DNA from: Devosia sp.
Lineage (GTDB): Bacteria; Pseudomonadota; Alphaproteobacteria; Rhizobiales; Devosiaceae
Assembly: GCA_044224395.1 (NCBI GenBank)
Contig: JBGAKM010000014.1
Location: 3,095 to 67,094, forward strand
Length of the DNA stretch: 64,000 nt
Direction: 5' to 3'
Position 1 is the first letter of the stretch; every line of letters begins with the position of its first letter. Shown in pieces: positions 39,557 through 51,602 of this stretch. The notes below the pieces were generated by a model that saw nothing but the letters and a program-made list of their open reading frames with translations, was not told the origin of the DNA and made no database searches. Both the position numbers and the translations under genes were made by a program.

Positions 39557-40588
39557 ATGAAGACTGCAGCATCAATCCTGGCCGTCGGCGCGCTTGTCGC
39601 TTCGCTCGGCCTTGCGGGAGTAGTAACCGCCCGCGCCGCCGATCAGACCCTGCTCAATGTGAGCTACGATCCGACCCGCGAACTCTACGAAGAATTCAAC
39701 GTCGCTTTTGCCAAGCACTGGAACGAGACGACGGGCAACACCGTCACCATCGAGCAGAGCCATGGCGGCTCGGGCAAGCAGGCTCAGGCGGTGATCGACG
39801 GGCTGGGCGCCGATGTGGTGACGCTGGCGCTCGAGGGCGACATCAATGCGATCGCCGAGAAGTCCGGGCTGATCAATACCGACTGGCGCGCCGAACTGCC
39901 CAACAACTCGACGCCCTATACCTCGACCATCGTGTTTCTTGTCCGCAAGGGCAACCCCAAGGCGATCAACGATTGGGGCGACCTGATCAAGGACGGCGTC
40001 GAGGTGATCACACCGAACCCGAAGACGTCGGGTGGCGCGAGATGGAATTACCTCGCCGCGTGGGCGTGGGCGAACAAGAATCTAGGCGGCGATGAAGCCA
40101 AGAACATTGATTTCATCAAGCAGCTCTATACTCACGTTCCAGTTCTCGACACGGGTGCCCGTGGCTCGACCGTGACCTTCGCGCAGAAGGAACTGGGCGA
40201 CGTGTTGCTGGCCTGGGAAAACGAAGCCTTCCTCGTGCTCGATGAATTCGGCGCCGACAATTTCGATGTGGTCTATCCGCCGTCGTCGATCCTTGCCGAA
40301 CCTCCGGTGACCGTCGTCGACAAGAATGCCGAAGCGCACGGGACCACTGAGGTTGCAAAGGCTTACCTCGAATATCTCTACTCGCCCGAGGGCCAGACGA
40401 TTGCGGCCAAGAACCACTATCGTCCGTCCGATCCGTCCATCGTCACCGACCAGGCTCTGGTTGACGCCTTCCCAAAGATCGATCTGATCTCTATTGATGA
40501 CCCGCTCTTCGGCGGCTGGAAGACGGCGCAGCCAAAACACTTCGGGGACGGCGGCATTTTTGACCAGATCTACACCCCTCAGGGCTGA
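39557..40588 (+). CDS. sbp: Sulfate ABC transporter substrate-binding protein
   Basis: [49 protein letters not shown]. Confidence 0.95.
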   Translation: MKTAASILAVGALVASLGLAGVVTARAADQTLLNVSYDPTRELYEEFNVAFAKHWNETTGNTVTIEQSHGGSGKQAQAVIDGLGADVVTLALEGDINAIAEKSGLINTDWRAELPNNSTPYTSTIVFLVRKGNPKAINDWGDLIKDGVEVITPNPKTSGGARWNYLAAWAWANKNLGGDEAKNIDFIKQLYTHVPVLDTGARGSTVTFAQKELGDVLLAWENEAFLVLDEFGADNFDVVYPPSSILAEPPVTVVDKNAEAHGTTEVAKAYLEYLYSPEGQTIAAKNHYRPSDPSIVTDQALVDAFPKIDLISIDDPLFGGWKTAQPKHFGDGGIFDQIYTPQG

Positions 40589-40598
40589 CGCATCAGCC

Positions 40599-41534
40599 AT
40601 GACGGTCTCCCCGAACCACCCCGCGAGAGCGGGGTGGCGCTTTGTTAAGCCAAGCGTCATTCCCGGCTTCGGCCTCACCTTCGGATACACGCTGCTGTAT
40701 CTGAGCATCATCGTGCTCATCCCGATCATCGGCCTGTTCCTCAAGGCGTCGACGATTTCGCCTGAGCAGATATGGAAGATCGCTTCATCGGCGCGCACGC
40801 TGAACGCGCTCAAGGTGAGCTTTGGCGCATCGTTCATTGCGGCGATGGTCAATGTGGTGTTCGGCCTGATCGTGGCGTGGGTGCTGGTGCGCTATCGCTT
40901 TCCGTTCAAGCGGCTGATGGATGCCGTGGTCGATCTGCCGTTCGCGCTGCCGACTGCTGTCGCCGGTATCGCGCTCTCGACGCTCTATGCACCCAAGGGC
41001 TGGGTGGGCGGCATGTTCTCCGAGAAGGGCTGGCTCAATACATGGATCGCCGCGCAGGACTGGCTGCCGTTCGGTCTCAATGCGTTGCAGATGCCGTCGT
41101 GGAAGATTGCCTATACGCCGACGGGCATTGTTATCGCACTGATCTTCATCGGCCTGCCGTTCGTGGTGCGCACGGTACAGCCGGTGCTCGAGGAATTCGA
41201 GGCCGAGCTCGAAGAGGCCGCGGCGACGCTCGGCGCAAACAGGTGGCAGACCATCACGATGGTGATCCTGCCGCGGCTGACGCCGGCCATTCTCACCGGC
41301 TTCGCGCTCGCCTTTGCGCGTGCCGTGGGCGAGTACGGTTCGGTGATCTTCATTGCGGGCAATCTGCCCAACATCTCCGAGATCGCGCCGGTGCTCATCG
41401 TCATCAAGCTCGAAGAATTCGATCAGGCGGGCGCCGCGGTGATCGCGGCGATCATGCTGATCCTCGCCTTCGCGATGTTGTTAGTGATCAACCTGATCCA
41501 GGCTTGGGCGCGCAAGAGGTTCGGCCATGTATGA
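40599..41534 (+). CDS. cysT: Sulfate ABC transporter permease CysT
   Basis: PGFGLTFG, DLPFALPTAVAG, LPFVVRTVQP, GEYGSVIFIAGN. Confidence 0.95.
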   Translation: MTVSPNHPARAGWRFVKPSVIPGFGLTFGYTLLYLSIIVLIPIIGLFLKASTISPEQIWKIASSARTLNALKVSFGASFIAAMVNVVFGLIVAWVLVRYRFPFKRLMDAVVDLPFALPTAVAGIALSTLYAPKGWVGGMFSEKGWLNTWIAAQDWLPFGLNALQMPSWKIAYTPTGIVIALIFIGLPFVVRTVQPVLEEFEAELEEAAATLGANRWQTITMVILPRLTPAILTGFALAFARAVGEYGSVIFIAGNLPNISEIAPVLIVIKLEEFDQAGAAVIAAIMLILAFAMLLVINLIQAWARKRFGHV

Positions 41535-42423
41535 GCAGGACGATCTGGTTTACGACAGCCGCCGGCCGATCGCGCCACACGAGCATTTGCGGCCGACGAC
41601 CGAACGCGACTGGATCAAGCGCACGCTGATCGGCGTCGCCATCGTGTTTATGCTGGCGGTTATCGTGCTGCCGCTGGTGCTAGTGTTCGTCGAGGCGTTC
41701 CGCAAAGGCGCCGGCGAGTATTTCTCGTCGTTCAACGATCCGCAGTCGCTTGCGGCGATCCGGCTGACGCTCCTGGTCGCGGTCATCGCTGTGCCGTTCA
41801 ACCTCGTATTCGGTGTCGCGGCGGCGTGGTGCATCGCAAAGTTCGAGTTTCCGGGCAAGGCGTTCCTCACAACGCTGATCGACCTGCCGTTCTCGGTGTC
41901 GCCGGTGGTCTCGGGCATGGTCTATGTGCTGCTGTTCGGCGCGCAATCGGCGCTGCATCCATTCCTAAAGACCAACAATATCGAGATCATCTTCGCGGTG
42001 CCCGGCATCGTGCTCGCGACGATCTTTGTGACGTTCCCGTTCATCGCGCGCGAGCTCATCCCGCTGATGCAGGACCAGGGCAATGGCGACGAGGAAGCGG
42101 CGCTGTCGCTGGGCGCCAATGGCTGGCAGGTGTTCCGTCGCGTGACATTGCCCAACATCAAGTGGGGGCTGCTCTATGGCGTGCTGCTATGCAATGCGCG
42201 CGCGATGGGCGAGTTCGGCGCGGTGAGCGTGGTGTCGGGGCACATCCGCGGCAAGACCACGACGATGCCGCTCGACATCGAAATTCTCTACAACGAATAC
42301 AACTTCTCGGCGGCCTTTGCTGTCGCTTCGCTGCTGGCCATGCTTGCGCTGGTCACGCTGATCGTCAAAACGATCCTCGAGTTCCGCTATGGCGATGAAC
42401 TCGCGGGCACTCGCAAGCACTAG
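41527..42423 (+). CDS. cysW: Sulfate ABC transporter permease CysW
   Basis: DLPFSVSPVV, FPFIARELIPLM, CNARAMGEFGAVSVVSGHIRG. Confidence 0.95.
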   Translation: MYEQDDLVYDSRRPIAPHEHLRPTTERDWIKRTLIGVAIVFMLAVIVLPLVLVFVEAFRKGAGEYFSSFNDPQSLAAIRLTLLVAVIAVPFNLVFGVAAAWCIAKFEFPGKAFLTTLIDLPFSVSPVVSGMVYVLLFGAQSALHPFLKTNNIEIIFAVPGIVLATIFVTFPFIARELIPLMQDQGNGDEEAALSLGANGWQVFRRVTLPNIKWGLLYGVLLCNARAMGEFGAVSVVSGHIRGKTTTMPLDIEILYNEYNFSAAFAVASLLAMLALVTLIVKTILEFRYGDELAGTRKH

Positions 42424-42434
42424 GGGCAGTCTAG

Positions 42435-43472
42435 TTGGATATCCGCGTTGCAAACGTCCTCAAGCAGTTCTCGCGATACCCCGCGCTGAACGATGTGTCG
42501 CTCCACATCAAATCGGGCGAGCTGATCGCGCTGCTCGGGCCGTCGGGTTCGGGCAAGACCACGCTGCTGCGGCTGATCGCCGGTCTCGAGACGCCGACGG
42601 CGGGTCGGATCTTCTTCGGCGACGAAGACGCGTCGAGCAAGACAGTGCAGCAGCGCAATGTTGGATTCGTGTTCCAGGCCTATGCGCTGTTTCGCAACAT
42701 GACGGTGCTCGAGAACATTTCGTTCGGGCTCAAGGTCCGGCCGCGGGCGACACGGCCGCCGCGGGCAGAGATCAGGCGGCGGTCGATGGAACTGCTCGAT
42801 CTGGTGCAGCTGACGGGGATGCATGATCGCTATCCGCAGCAGCTGTCGGGCGGACAGCGGCAGCGTGTGGCGCTGGCGCGCGCGCTGGCGATCGAGCCGC
42901 GGGTGCTGCTGCTCGACGAGCCGTTCGGCGCGCTCGATGCGCAGGTGCGCAAGGAGCTGCGCAAATGGCTGCGCGAGATCCACGACAAGACCGGCCACAC
43001 GACGGTGTTCGTGACGCACGACCAGGAAGAGGCGCTCGAGCTCGCGGACCGGCTGGTGGTGATGAGCCAGGGCAAGATCGAGCAGGTCGGAACGCCGGAC
43101 GATGTGTACGACCGGCCGGACAATCCGTTCGTGTTCAACTTCATCGGCGAGAGCTCGAACCTGCCGGTCGAGATCGACAATGGCGAGGTGTGGGTCGGCG
43201 GGCGCGCGATCGGGCTCACGGCGGGCGAGACGCCCAAGGGGGCGGCGCAGCTGTTCTTCCGGCCGCACGATGTGGAGCTGGTCAATGACGGGCCGGCGCT
43301 GGCGGGCGTCGTCGCGGCATCGCGGCGAGTCGGCGGGACGCGGCGCGTGGAGCTCGAGATCGGCGGGGCGCCGGGTCGGGTCGAGGTCGATCTGCCGTTC
43401 GATCATCCGGCGGGCGAGAAGACCAGAATAGCGTTCCGGCCGAAGCGCTGGCGGCTGTTCCCTACGGGGTGA
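42435..43472 (+). CDS. cysA: Sulfate ABC transporter ATPase CysA
   Basis: [32 protein letters not shown]; C-terminal TOBE-like region. Confidence 0.95.
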   Translation: MDIRVANVLKQFSRYPALNDVSLHIKSGELIALLGPSGSGKTTLLRLIAGLETPTAGRIFFGDEDASSKTVQQRNVGFVFQAYALFRNMTVLENISFGLKVRPRATRPPRAEIRRRSMELLDLVQLTGMHDRYPQQLSGGQRQRVALARALAIEPRVLLLDEPFGALDAQVRKELRKWLREIHDKTGHTTVFVTHDQEEALELADRLVVMSQGKIEQVGTPDDVYDRPDNPFVFNFIGESSNLPVEIDNGEVWVGGRAIGLTAGETPKGAAQLFFRPHDVELVNDGPALAGVVAASRRVGGTRRVELEIGGAPGRVEVDLPFDHPAGEKTRIAFRPKRWRLFPTG

Positions 43473-44397
43473 CGGCGGCGCGGCCTTTGGTGGTCACGAG
43501 CCAGATGCCGATGCTTACCAGCACCAGTGCCACGAGGTTCTTCCACTCGAGCACGCTTTCGCCGAGGACGAGCGCGGCGATGATGGCGCCGAAGATCGGG
43601 ATCTCGAAGTTGAATACGGCGACCGAGCCGACCGCGTTGTGCTTAAGCAGCAGGCTCCACAGCGAGAAGGCGACGGCGGAGACGGCGGCGAGGTAGATCA
43701 CCAGCGCGCCGGCGCCGATGCTCAAGCCGGAGAAGTGGCCGCCGCCGATGAGGCCCATCGCGGTGAGCACAAGGCCGCCGATCAGCAGCTGCCAGCCGGT
43801 CATCACCGTGGCGTCCATGTCCTGGCTCAGGCGGCGGCCATAGATGGCGGCGAGCGAGCCGGCGAAGGTCGAGATCAGCAGCAGGCCTTCGCCCATTGGC
43901 GAGAAGTGGAAGTCGAGCGTGCCGGCGGCGGCGAAGTTGACGGCGACGACGCCGGCAAAGCCGAGCAGGACGCCGAGCATCTTGCGGCCGTTGAGCTTGT
44001 CGTCGCTGTAGATGAAGTGGGCGAGGAGCACCGAGAAGAAGACGAGCGTCGATGAGAGGATCGAGGTCTTGACCGCGGTCGTGTGGGCGAGGCCGATGTA
44101 GTAGCAGACGTATTGCACCACGGTCTGGCCGAGGCCGAGGAGGGTGACTTCGCCGAAGCGGCGCGGCTTGAGCCGGATGGGGCGGCTCGTCATCAGGCCG
44201 TAGGCGAGGAGGATGAGGCCCGCGAGCGAGAAGCGCATGCCGGCGAACAGCAGCAGCGAGGGCGTGTCGCCGGGCGCGATGCCGATGAGGCCGTAGCCGA
44301 ATTTCACCGCGGGGACGGCGCTGCCCCAGAGCAGGCAGCAGAACGTGGCGATGGCGATGAGGCCGCGTCGGTCAGCGAAGATGGAGGTACTTGCCAC
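43462..44397 (-). CDS. DMT/EamA family transporter
   Basis: LLWGSA..VK, about ten TM segments, duplicated EamA pattern. Confidence 0.88.
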   Translation of the reverse strand: MASTSIFADRRGLIAIATFCCLLWGSAVPAVKFGYGLIGIAPGDTPSLLLFAGMRFSLAGLILLAYGLMTSRPIRLKPRRFGEVTLLGLGQTVVQYVCYYIGLAHTTAVKTSILSSTLVFFSVLLAHFIYSDDKLNGRKMLGVLLGFAGVVAVNFAAAGTLDFHFSPMGEGLLLISTFAGSLAAIYGRRLSQDMDATVMTGWQLLIGGLVLTAMGLIGGGHFSGLSIGAGALVIYLAAVSAVAFSLWSLLLKHNAVGSVAVFNFEIPIFGAIIAALVLGESVLEWKNLVALVLVSIGIWLVTTKGRAAVTP

Positions 44398-44400
44398 CGT

Positions 44401-45249
44401 CTAGCCGAACACCACCGTGCGCTTGCCGTTGAGCATGACGCGGCTCTCGAGATGGAGTTTTACGGCGCGGGCGAGGACGCGGCTCTCGATGTCGCGGCCG
44501 ACGGCGATCAGTTCGTCGGGCGTCATGGCGTGGTTCACGCGCGCGGTTTCTTGCTCGATGATCGGGCCCTCGTCGAGGTCGGGCGTCACGTAGTGGGCGG
44601 TCGCGCCGATGATCTTGACGCCGCGCTCATGCGCCTGGTGGTAGGGCTTGGCGCCCTTGAAGCTGGGCAGGAACGAGTGGTGGATGTTGATGATCTGGCC
44701 GTAGAGCCGGGTCGCAAAGCCGCTCGACAGGATCTGCATGTAGCGCGCGAGGATGACGAGCTCGGCGCCGGTGTCTTTGACGAGCTTGAGCACCTCGGCT
44801 TCCTGCGCGGCCTTGTCTGTGCCCATGGGCAGATAGTGGTAGGGGATCTCTTCGTAGATGGCCGTGGCGCGCGAGTCTTCGTGGTTGGAGACGATGGCGG
44901 CGACCTCGGCGTCGAGCCAGCCGACGCGGATCTGGTAGAGCAGATGCAGCATCGCGTGGTCGAACTTCGATACCATCACGAGGATTTTCTTCTTGCGGCC
45001 GGCATCGACGAGCGTGGTGCGCATGCCGAAGCGTTCGATGGCGGGGCGGAGCGCGCGTTCGAGAGCGTCGCGATCGACGCCTGCCGGCGCGGTGAAGGCG
45101 AGGCGCATGAAGAAGGTGCCGGTCTCGCGATCCCAGAACTGATTGGATTCGGAGATGTTGGCGCTGAGCGAGGCAAGCTCGGTGGTGACGGCGGCAACGA
45201 TGCCGGGACGGTCGGCGCAGCTCAGCGTCAGGACGAAATCGGCGGACAT
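44401..45249 (-). CDS. purU: Formyltetrahydrofolate deformylase
   Basis: ACT domain CADRPGIV; LARYMQIL, INIHHSFLPSFKGAKPYHQA, GATAHYVT, LDEGPIIEQ. Confidence 0.97.
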   Translation of the reverse strand: MSADFVLTLSCADRPGIVAAVTTELASLSANISESNQFWDRETGTFFMRLAFTAPAGVDRDALERALRPAIERFGMRTTLVDAGRKKKILVMVSKFDHAMLHLLYQIRVGWLDAEVAAIVSNHEDSRATAIYEEIPYHYLPMGTDKAAQEAEVLKLVKDTGAELVILARYMQILSSGFATRLYGQIINIHHSFLPSFKGAKPYHQAHERGVKIIGATAHYVTPDLDEGPIIEQETARVNHAMTPDELIAVGRDIESRVLARAVKLHLESRVMLNGKRTVVFG

Positions 45250-45320
45250 ATCAGGCTCCGGGAGGTGGCGCTTCTATCGCGGGGGAGGGCAGATCGGTCA
45301 AGCGCGCCCGGGCAACAGGC

Positions 45321-45596
45321 TTAAGCCTTTGGCGCACCATCGCTGTCCAGCGAACTGGACGAGGCAGCGGGAGGTGTCCCGCTGCCGGTGGTACCCGGCG
45401 GTGTCCCCGGATCCTTGGGGTAGCGTAGAAAGAAGTTCCAGACGCAATAGACGACCGCGACGCCCGTGATGGTGATCCACAGCTGATCGCGCGAGAAGAA
45501 GGTCTCGTAAGCGCACCACGCCGCCACTACCGCTGTCGCGAGGACGCGGCGCCACATGGGGCGGAAGAAATCGGTGTCTCGCTGGTTGAGCGCCAT
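45321..45596 (-). CDS. Small membrane protein (DUF3329-like)
   Basis: FFRPMWRR followed by two TM segments; typical of rhizobial small proteins. Confidence 0.7.
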   Translation of the reverse strand: MALNQRDTDFFRPMWRRVLATAVVAAWCAYETFFSRDQLWITITGVAVVYCVWNFFLRYPKDPGTPPGTTGSGTPPAASSSSLDSDGAPKA

Positions 45597-45671
45597 GGGG
45601 CTTCACTATCGGGCGGTGGGGCGCCGTGCAAGCGGCTAGCCCGCGGCAAAGCTCCCCACCCGCCTGACTGG

Positions 45672-46643
45672 TCACGCCGCCGCGAGCGTCGCATTTCTCC
45701 GGTTTCCGGCTTCGGCGAAGAAGATGAGGAGGGAGGCGCCGACAATGAGGGCGGTGCCGATCCAGAACCAGAGCGTGGGGACCTGGCTGAGGAAGATGAA
45801 GCCGATCACTGCCGTCAGCGGCACCTTCAGATCGCCGAAGGGCTGAAGGTAGGTCGCGTCGGCGGTCTTGTAGGCGAAGGCGAGGAAGTACTGCGCCACC
45901 GCCGTCAGCACGCCGAGGAGCAGGAGCAGCCAGAGGCCGAGGTCGGCAGGGAGCGCGAACGGGAAGCCCGTCGCGACGCCCGCTGGCAGCAGTCCGGGAA
46001 CCTGCGACAGCAGCGTTGCCGCGAGCAGGATCAGCAGGTGGTTGGGCGTGATCAGGACGAGCAGCGAGATGGTCAGCGTCTCGGGCGTCTCGCCGAGCTT
46101 TGCGAGATACTTGGTGAGCACGTCCGTCGTCGCCCAGAGGGCGGCGGCCACGATGGGAAGCAGCACCAGCGCCGTGAAGCCGTCGGTGCCGATGCCTGAC
46201 ACCATCAGCGCGCCGGCAAAGCCGAGCAGGGCAGCGACGAGGCGGACCGGCGTGACGCGCTCGCGGAGGAACAGGACCGAGCCGAGCACGATGAACAACG
46301 GACCGGTGGCGAGCAGGGCCACGACCTGCCACACGGGCATGCCCGAGGCGAAGGCATAGACGAAAACGTGCACGCCGAGCGCCGACACGAAGGCGCGGAT
46401 TTCATGCGCGAGCGGATGGGCAGTGCGAAGGTTGCCGACGCCAATCCTCAGGATCAGGGGCAGGGCGATGATGGTGGCGATGAGGTATTGCCAGAATGTC
46501 ATGCCGGTCGACGGCATGCCGATGGGCCAGGCGAGATAGCTCTGGAGCACGTTAGTGCCCGCGAAAGCGAGGCTCGCCACGAGCATGAGGAGGGCGCCCG
46601 AGACGGCGCCGCTTGCAGTGTTAGTCGAGGAAATCTGGTTCAT
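45672..46643 (-). CDS. ribN: Riboflavin transporter, DMT family (RibN-like)
   Basis: FWQY, LRTAHPLAH.IR, ADATYLQPFGDLK; lies directly downstream of an FMN riboswitch. Confidence 0.8.
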   Translation of the reverse strand: MNQISSTNTASGAVSGALLMLVASLAFAGTNVLQSYLAWPIGMPSTGMTFWQYLIATIIALPLILRIGVGNLRTAHPLAHEIRAFVSALGVHVFVYAFASGMPVWQVVALLATGPLFIVLGSVLFLRERVTPVRLVAALLGFAGALMVSGIGTDGFTALVLLPIVAAALWATTDVLTKYLAKLGETPETLTISLLVLITPNHLLILLAATLLSQVPGLLPAGVATGFPFALPADLGLWLLLLLGVLTAVAQYFLAFAYKTADATYLQPFGDLKVPLTAVIGFIFLSQVPTLWFWIGTALIVGASLLIFFAEAGNRRNATLAAA

Positions 46644-46722
46644 GTCGATCCTTTCCGTCACCAGTTTCCTCAGGGTGTACGGACGGATCGGCGGCTGCCG
46701 ACCGAAGGCGGCATCCGTCAAA

Positions 46723-46866
46723 CCGTTCTCTTTCATCCGGACTGTGACCGTCGGCTCGGGGATCGCACCCAAATCTGCTGACCTCTCCCGAAGGAGAGCG
46801 CTCGCGGGCTAGGTGTTGCCACCACTACCGCCGGTGGGGAATTTCGCCCCGCCCTGAGAACATCGC
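46723..46866 (-). ncRNA. FMN riboswitch (RFN element)
   Basis: Reverse complement reads TTCTCAGGGCGGGGCGAAATTCCCCACCGGCGGT...AGCCCGCGAGCG...GTCAGCAGAT...GAGCCGACGGTCACAGTCCGGATGAAAGAGAA. Confidence 0.96.
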
Positions 46867-47030
46867 CGGCACAGTCGCCGACAGGCGGGAGATACGCCTG
46901 CGGGGGCCGCGGATCAATGCGGGTTTGGGCAATGGGGTGTTCGTGGGGTGAGGACGATGGGGAATAATTGTTCGGGTGGGGAGCTCACCATTGGCTGGTG
47001 GAGCATGAACTGCGCGTGTGCCCTGCCACG

Positions 47031-47112
47031 GTGCCTTCCCAGCGAAAGCTGGGATCCAACTCGCAGTTCGCGCGGGTGGAGATTTGGGTCCCTGCTTTCG
47101 CAGGGAAGTCAC
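47031..47112. repeat. REP-like palindromic element, copy 1
   Basis: CTTCCCAGCGAAAGCTGGGATCCA...TGGGTCCCTGCTTTCGCAGGGAAGTCAC; arms nearly identical to those at 60912-60993. Confidence 0.8.
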
Positions 47113-47258
47113 GGTGGGTGGGGCAGCCATCGGGACAGCGCAGGGGGATATGTTTCGCTCAATCCTGCCCGTTCGCACCCCCTCCTACCTCCGCTAGGCC
47201 TTCGGCCAAGCTGCGGTACCTCCCCCGTCAGAGGGGGAGGTGGGCCGGTGTGAGCGGC

Positions 47259-47474
47259 TTACTCCGATCCGAGACCGTTGGCTTTGGCGAGGTCCTGGAT
47301 GGAGGTGGCGGAGAAGCAGGCGACTTTGGCGGGTTCGTCGCCCGCGCTCAGGGCGGCGGTGATGACTGTGGCCGCCGTCTTGCACGATTCCTCGGTGGGG
47401 AAGGCGGCGAGCGCTGTCAGGGCGGGGAGTCCGCTGGAATTGAGGACGAAGAGCAAGAATGCGGTTGCGACCAT
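47259..47474 (-). CDS. Small hypothetical protein (71 aa, two Cys)
   Basis: GGAGG RBS before ATG at 47474; MVATAFLLFVLN...FPTEESCKTAA...VACFS. Confidence 0.55.
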   Translation of the reverse strand: MVATAFLLFVLNSSGLPALTALAAFPTEESCKTAATVITAALSAGDEPAKVACFSATSIQDLAKANGLGSE

Positions 47475-47508
47475 GGGAGCCTCCAATGACAGGAGAACCA
47501 TAGCCGCA

Positions 47509-48081
47509 TCACTCAGCTGGAGGAATGCCCCCGGCGAGCTCGGGCCGCAGTAATCGTTCGGCGAGCAGGCGGAAGGCTGGTCCGAGCTCCGCTGCCGATT
47601 GAGCCCGGCGGCCGATGCCGTCGCTGGCGGCGAGGAAGAACTGCGTGATGATGCGGGCGCGCACGACGCCGGCTTTCGCCAGCTCCGCCTCGATGGCGGA
47701 CGCCAATTCGGCCTCGAAGATCGCAAACTGGGCTGCGCCGCTGCGGTCGTGTTCGGCGTAGAGCGCGTCGGCATGTGGCGAGCCCTCGAGCAGGCGGCGC
47801 GCGGCCTTGTGCTTGGCGGTCATGGCGGCGGCAATGCGCTGCACGACGTCGCCGTCGCCGTTGAGTGCGTTTATGAACACGCTGCGCCACTGGCCGATCA
47901 GCCTGTCGACGAGCGCGGCGAAGATGGTGGGCTTGTCGGGGAAGTAGGCGTAGAGCGTGGGCTTGGCGATGCCGGCCTGCCGGGCGATCGCCTCCATGCT
48001 CGTGCCGCGCAGGCCGAGCTTAAGGATCAACGCCATGGCGGCGTCGAGAATCCGATCTGCGCGGGCTTGGGAGGCCTTCAA
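47509..48081 (-). CDS. TetR/AcrR family regulator
   Basis: ILDAAMALI...TSMEAIARQAGIAKPTLYAYFPDK. Confidence 0.92.
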   Translation of the reverse strand: MKASQARADRILDAAMALILKLGLRGTSMEAIARQAGIAKPTLYAYFPDKPTIFAALVDRLIGQWRSVFINALNGDGDVVQRIAAAMTAKHKAARRLLEGSPHADALYAEHDRSGAAQFAIFEAELASAIEAELAKAGVVRARIITQFFLAASDGIGRRAQSAAELGPAFRLLAERLLRPELAGGIPPAE

Positions 48082-48099
48082 GGAATCCTCATTGAACGG

Positions 48100-48129
48100 A
48101 TTGAACGACTATCATATGTTTCGTTCAAT
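48100..48129. promoter_or_regulatory. Probable TetR operator
   Basis: Perfect inverted repeat ATTGAACGA-N12-TCGTTCAAT between the divergent tetR and reductase genes. Confidence 0.65.
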
Positions 48130-48146
48130 TGTCACGGAGAACGATC

Positions 48147-49169
48147 ATGGCTGACCGCGTCTTGCTCACCGGCATCTCGGGCTTCCTTGGTGGACATGTC
48201 GCGCTGGCGTTGCTGAATGCGGGCTACATCGTGCGCGGCAGCGTCCGCGATATGAAGAAGACCGCCAAGGTTCGCGATACGCTGCAGCGGGCGGGCGGGG
48301 ATGTGAGCCGGCTCGAATTCGTGGCGCTCGATCTTCTCTCCGACGGCGGCTGGGACGAGGCGATGGCTGATGTGCGCTACCTGCAGCACACGGCGTCGCC
48401 GTTCGTCATCAAGCAGCCGCGCGACCGCGGCGAGCTGGTCCGCCCGGCGGTGGATGGCACGCGCCGCGCGCTCGAGGCGGCGCTGCGCGGCAAGGTCGAG
48501 CGCATCGTGGTGACATCGTCGATGGCCGCCATCATGTACGGCCACGACAAGACGCGCACCGCCCCGTTCACGGCGGCCGACTGGACAAATCCGGACGCGC
48601 CCGACGTCAGCGCCTACACCGAATCCAAGGTGAAAGCCGAACGCGAAGCGTGGCGCATCATGGACGCGGCCGGTCGCCACAACGATCTGTCGACCATCAA
48701 TCCGGGCTCCATCTTCGGGCCGCTGCTCGACGACGACCCCGGCACCTCGGTGGGGCTGTTGGCCCGAATGTTCGACGGATCGCTGCCCGCGGCGGCGCGC
48801 TTTTACCAGGTGGTGATCGACATCCGCGACGTCGCCGAGGCGCACGTCCGAGCCATGACCGACCCCGGGGCACGCGGGCAGCGCTTCCCGATGGGCAGCG
48901 GAACGCTGTCGCTGATGCAGATTGCCGATGTGCTCCGTCCGGCGATCCCCGAGCGGGCCGGCAAACTGCCGCGCTTCGAAGCGCCCGACTGGCTGGTGCG
49001 GATGTTCGCCGTCATCGACGAAGATGCGCGCGGCAACATCGGTGAGCTGGGCGTGGTCAAGCGCGCCGACGCGAGCGCGGTCACGGCGCTTCTCGGCCAT
49101 CCGCTGATTTCGGCCGAGGATGCGACGATCGCCGCGGCCCGCAGCCTCATCGCACAGCGCCTGGCCTAG
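48147..49169 (+). CDS. NAD(P)-dependent epimerase/aldehyde reductase (extended SDR)
   Basis: [45 protein letters not shown]. Confidence 0.88.
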   Translation: MADRVLLTGISGFLGGHVALALLNAGYIVRGSVRDMKKTAKVRDTLQRAGGDVSRLEFVALDLLSDGGWDEAMADVRYLQHTASPFVIKQPRDRGELVRPAVDGTRRALEAALRGKVERIVVTSSMAAIMYGHDKTRTAPFTAADWTNPDAPDVSAYTESKVKAEREAWRIMDAAGRHNDLSTINPGSIFGPLLDDDPGTSVGLLARMFDGSLPAAARFYQVVIDIRDVAEAHVRAMTDPGARGQRFPMGSGTLSLMQIADVLRPAIPERAGKLPRFEAPDWLVRMFAVIDEDARGNIGELGVVKRADASAVTALLGHPLISAEDATIAAARSLIAQRLA

Positions 49170-49227
49170 GCGAAAAAAGGGCTAGGCGCGGCGGGGGCGA
49201 TTGGTTATGTAGCACCCGCCGGCGGAC

Positions 49228-49303
49228 GGGGCTGTAGCTCAGTTGGGAGAGCGTATCGTTCGCAATGATAAGGTCAGGGGTTCGATTCCCCTCAGCTCCA
49301 CCA
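49228..49303 (+). tRNA. tRNA-Ala(CGC)
   Basis: GGGGCTG acceptor stem with G3:U70, TAGCTCAGTTGGGAGAGC D-arm, anticodon loop TTCGCAA, GGTTCGATTCC T-arm, encoded CCA. Confidence 0.97.
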
Positions 49304-49709
49304 GCCGGCATTCCCCTAGCAACAAAGAAGGACTTGGCCGTGAGTTTGGCCAGGGATTTCCTCCTCTAGCCACTTCTCGGTTCGGGCTTGCGCAGCGTCT
49401 CAAAGACGCCGCTTGCTGGCAGCCGCTATGGCGGCTGAGGAGGAAGACGGGTCGGGCTGTCCAGAGCCATATCTGCTGTGGATAACCAGTGCGTAGCTGG
49501 CTCGTCTTTGTGCGAAAGACCCAGGCTGCTCGGGGGTGCCGGCGAGACTGCTCGCTGAGCGTATGACTCGAAAAGTGAACCGACACAGACGCTTAATCGG
49601 GTGCGATTCGTTAGCGGCATTTACCAAGTCTCGATTCGAGATTGTCAAACATTATCGGAGTGGTTACCAATTCGTTAGTTGCGGCGTGTGTTAGTATTAG
49701 GAGTGCAAC

Positions 49710-51375
<1,666 letters not shown>

Positions 51376-51602
51376 TGGTCAGCGCATCATTGAGGTGAAA
51401 AACGCAGCTCCCGGGACAACCGCCCCGGGAGCGACTTTTTGGCGAAGGCGACGCGTCAGCGTTCGAACGATGATCTAGAGAGATCTTCTGAGGGCGATTG
51501 CGCCGCATTACTTCGTGCCGAAGTAACCCTATTCCAGTCGAGGAATTGTTGTCGTCAGGCAATTGGAATAAGTCGGACTCTGCGGCACGACGGGAGAAGA
51601 GA

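Noticed and set aside
44083-45324. Long antisense ORFs (also 48132-49100, 56492-57946, 59742-60947, 61239-62618, 62461-63456)
   Set aside because: They lie opposite well-supported genes, as expected in high-GC DNA.
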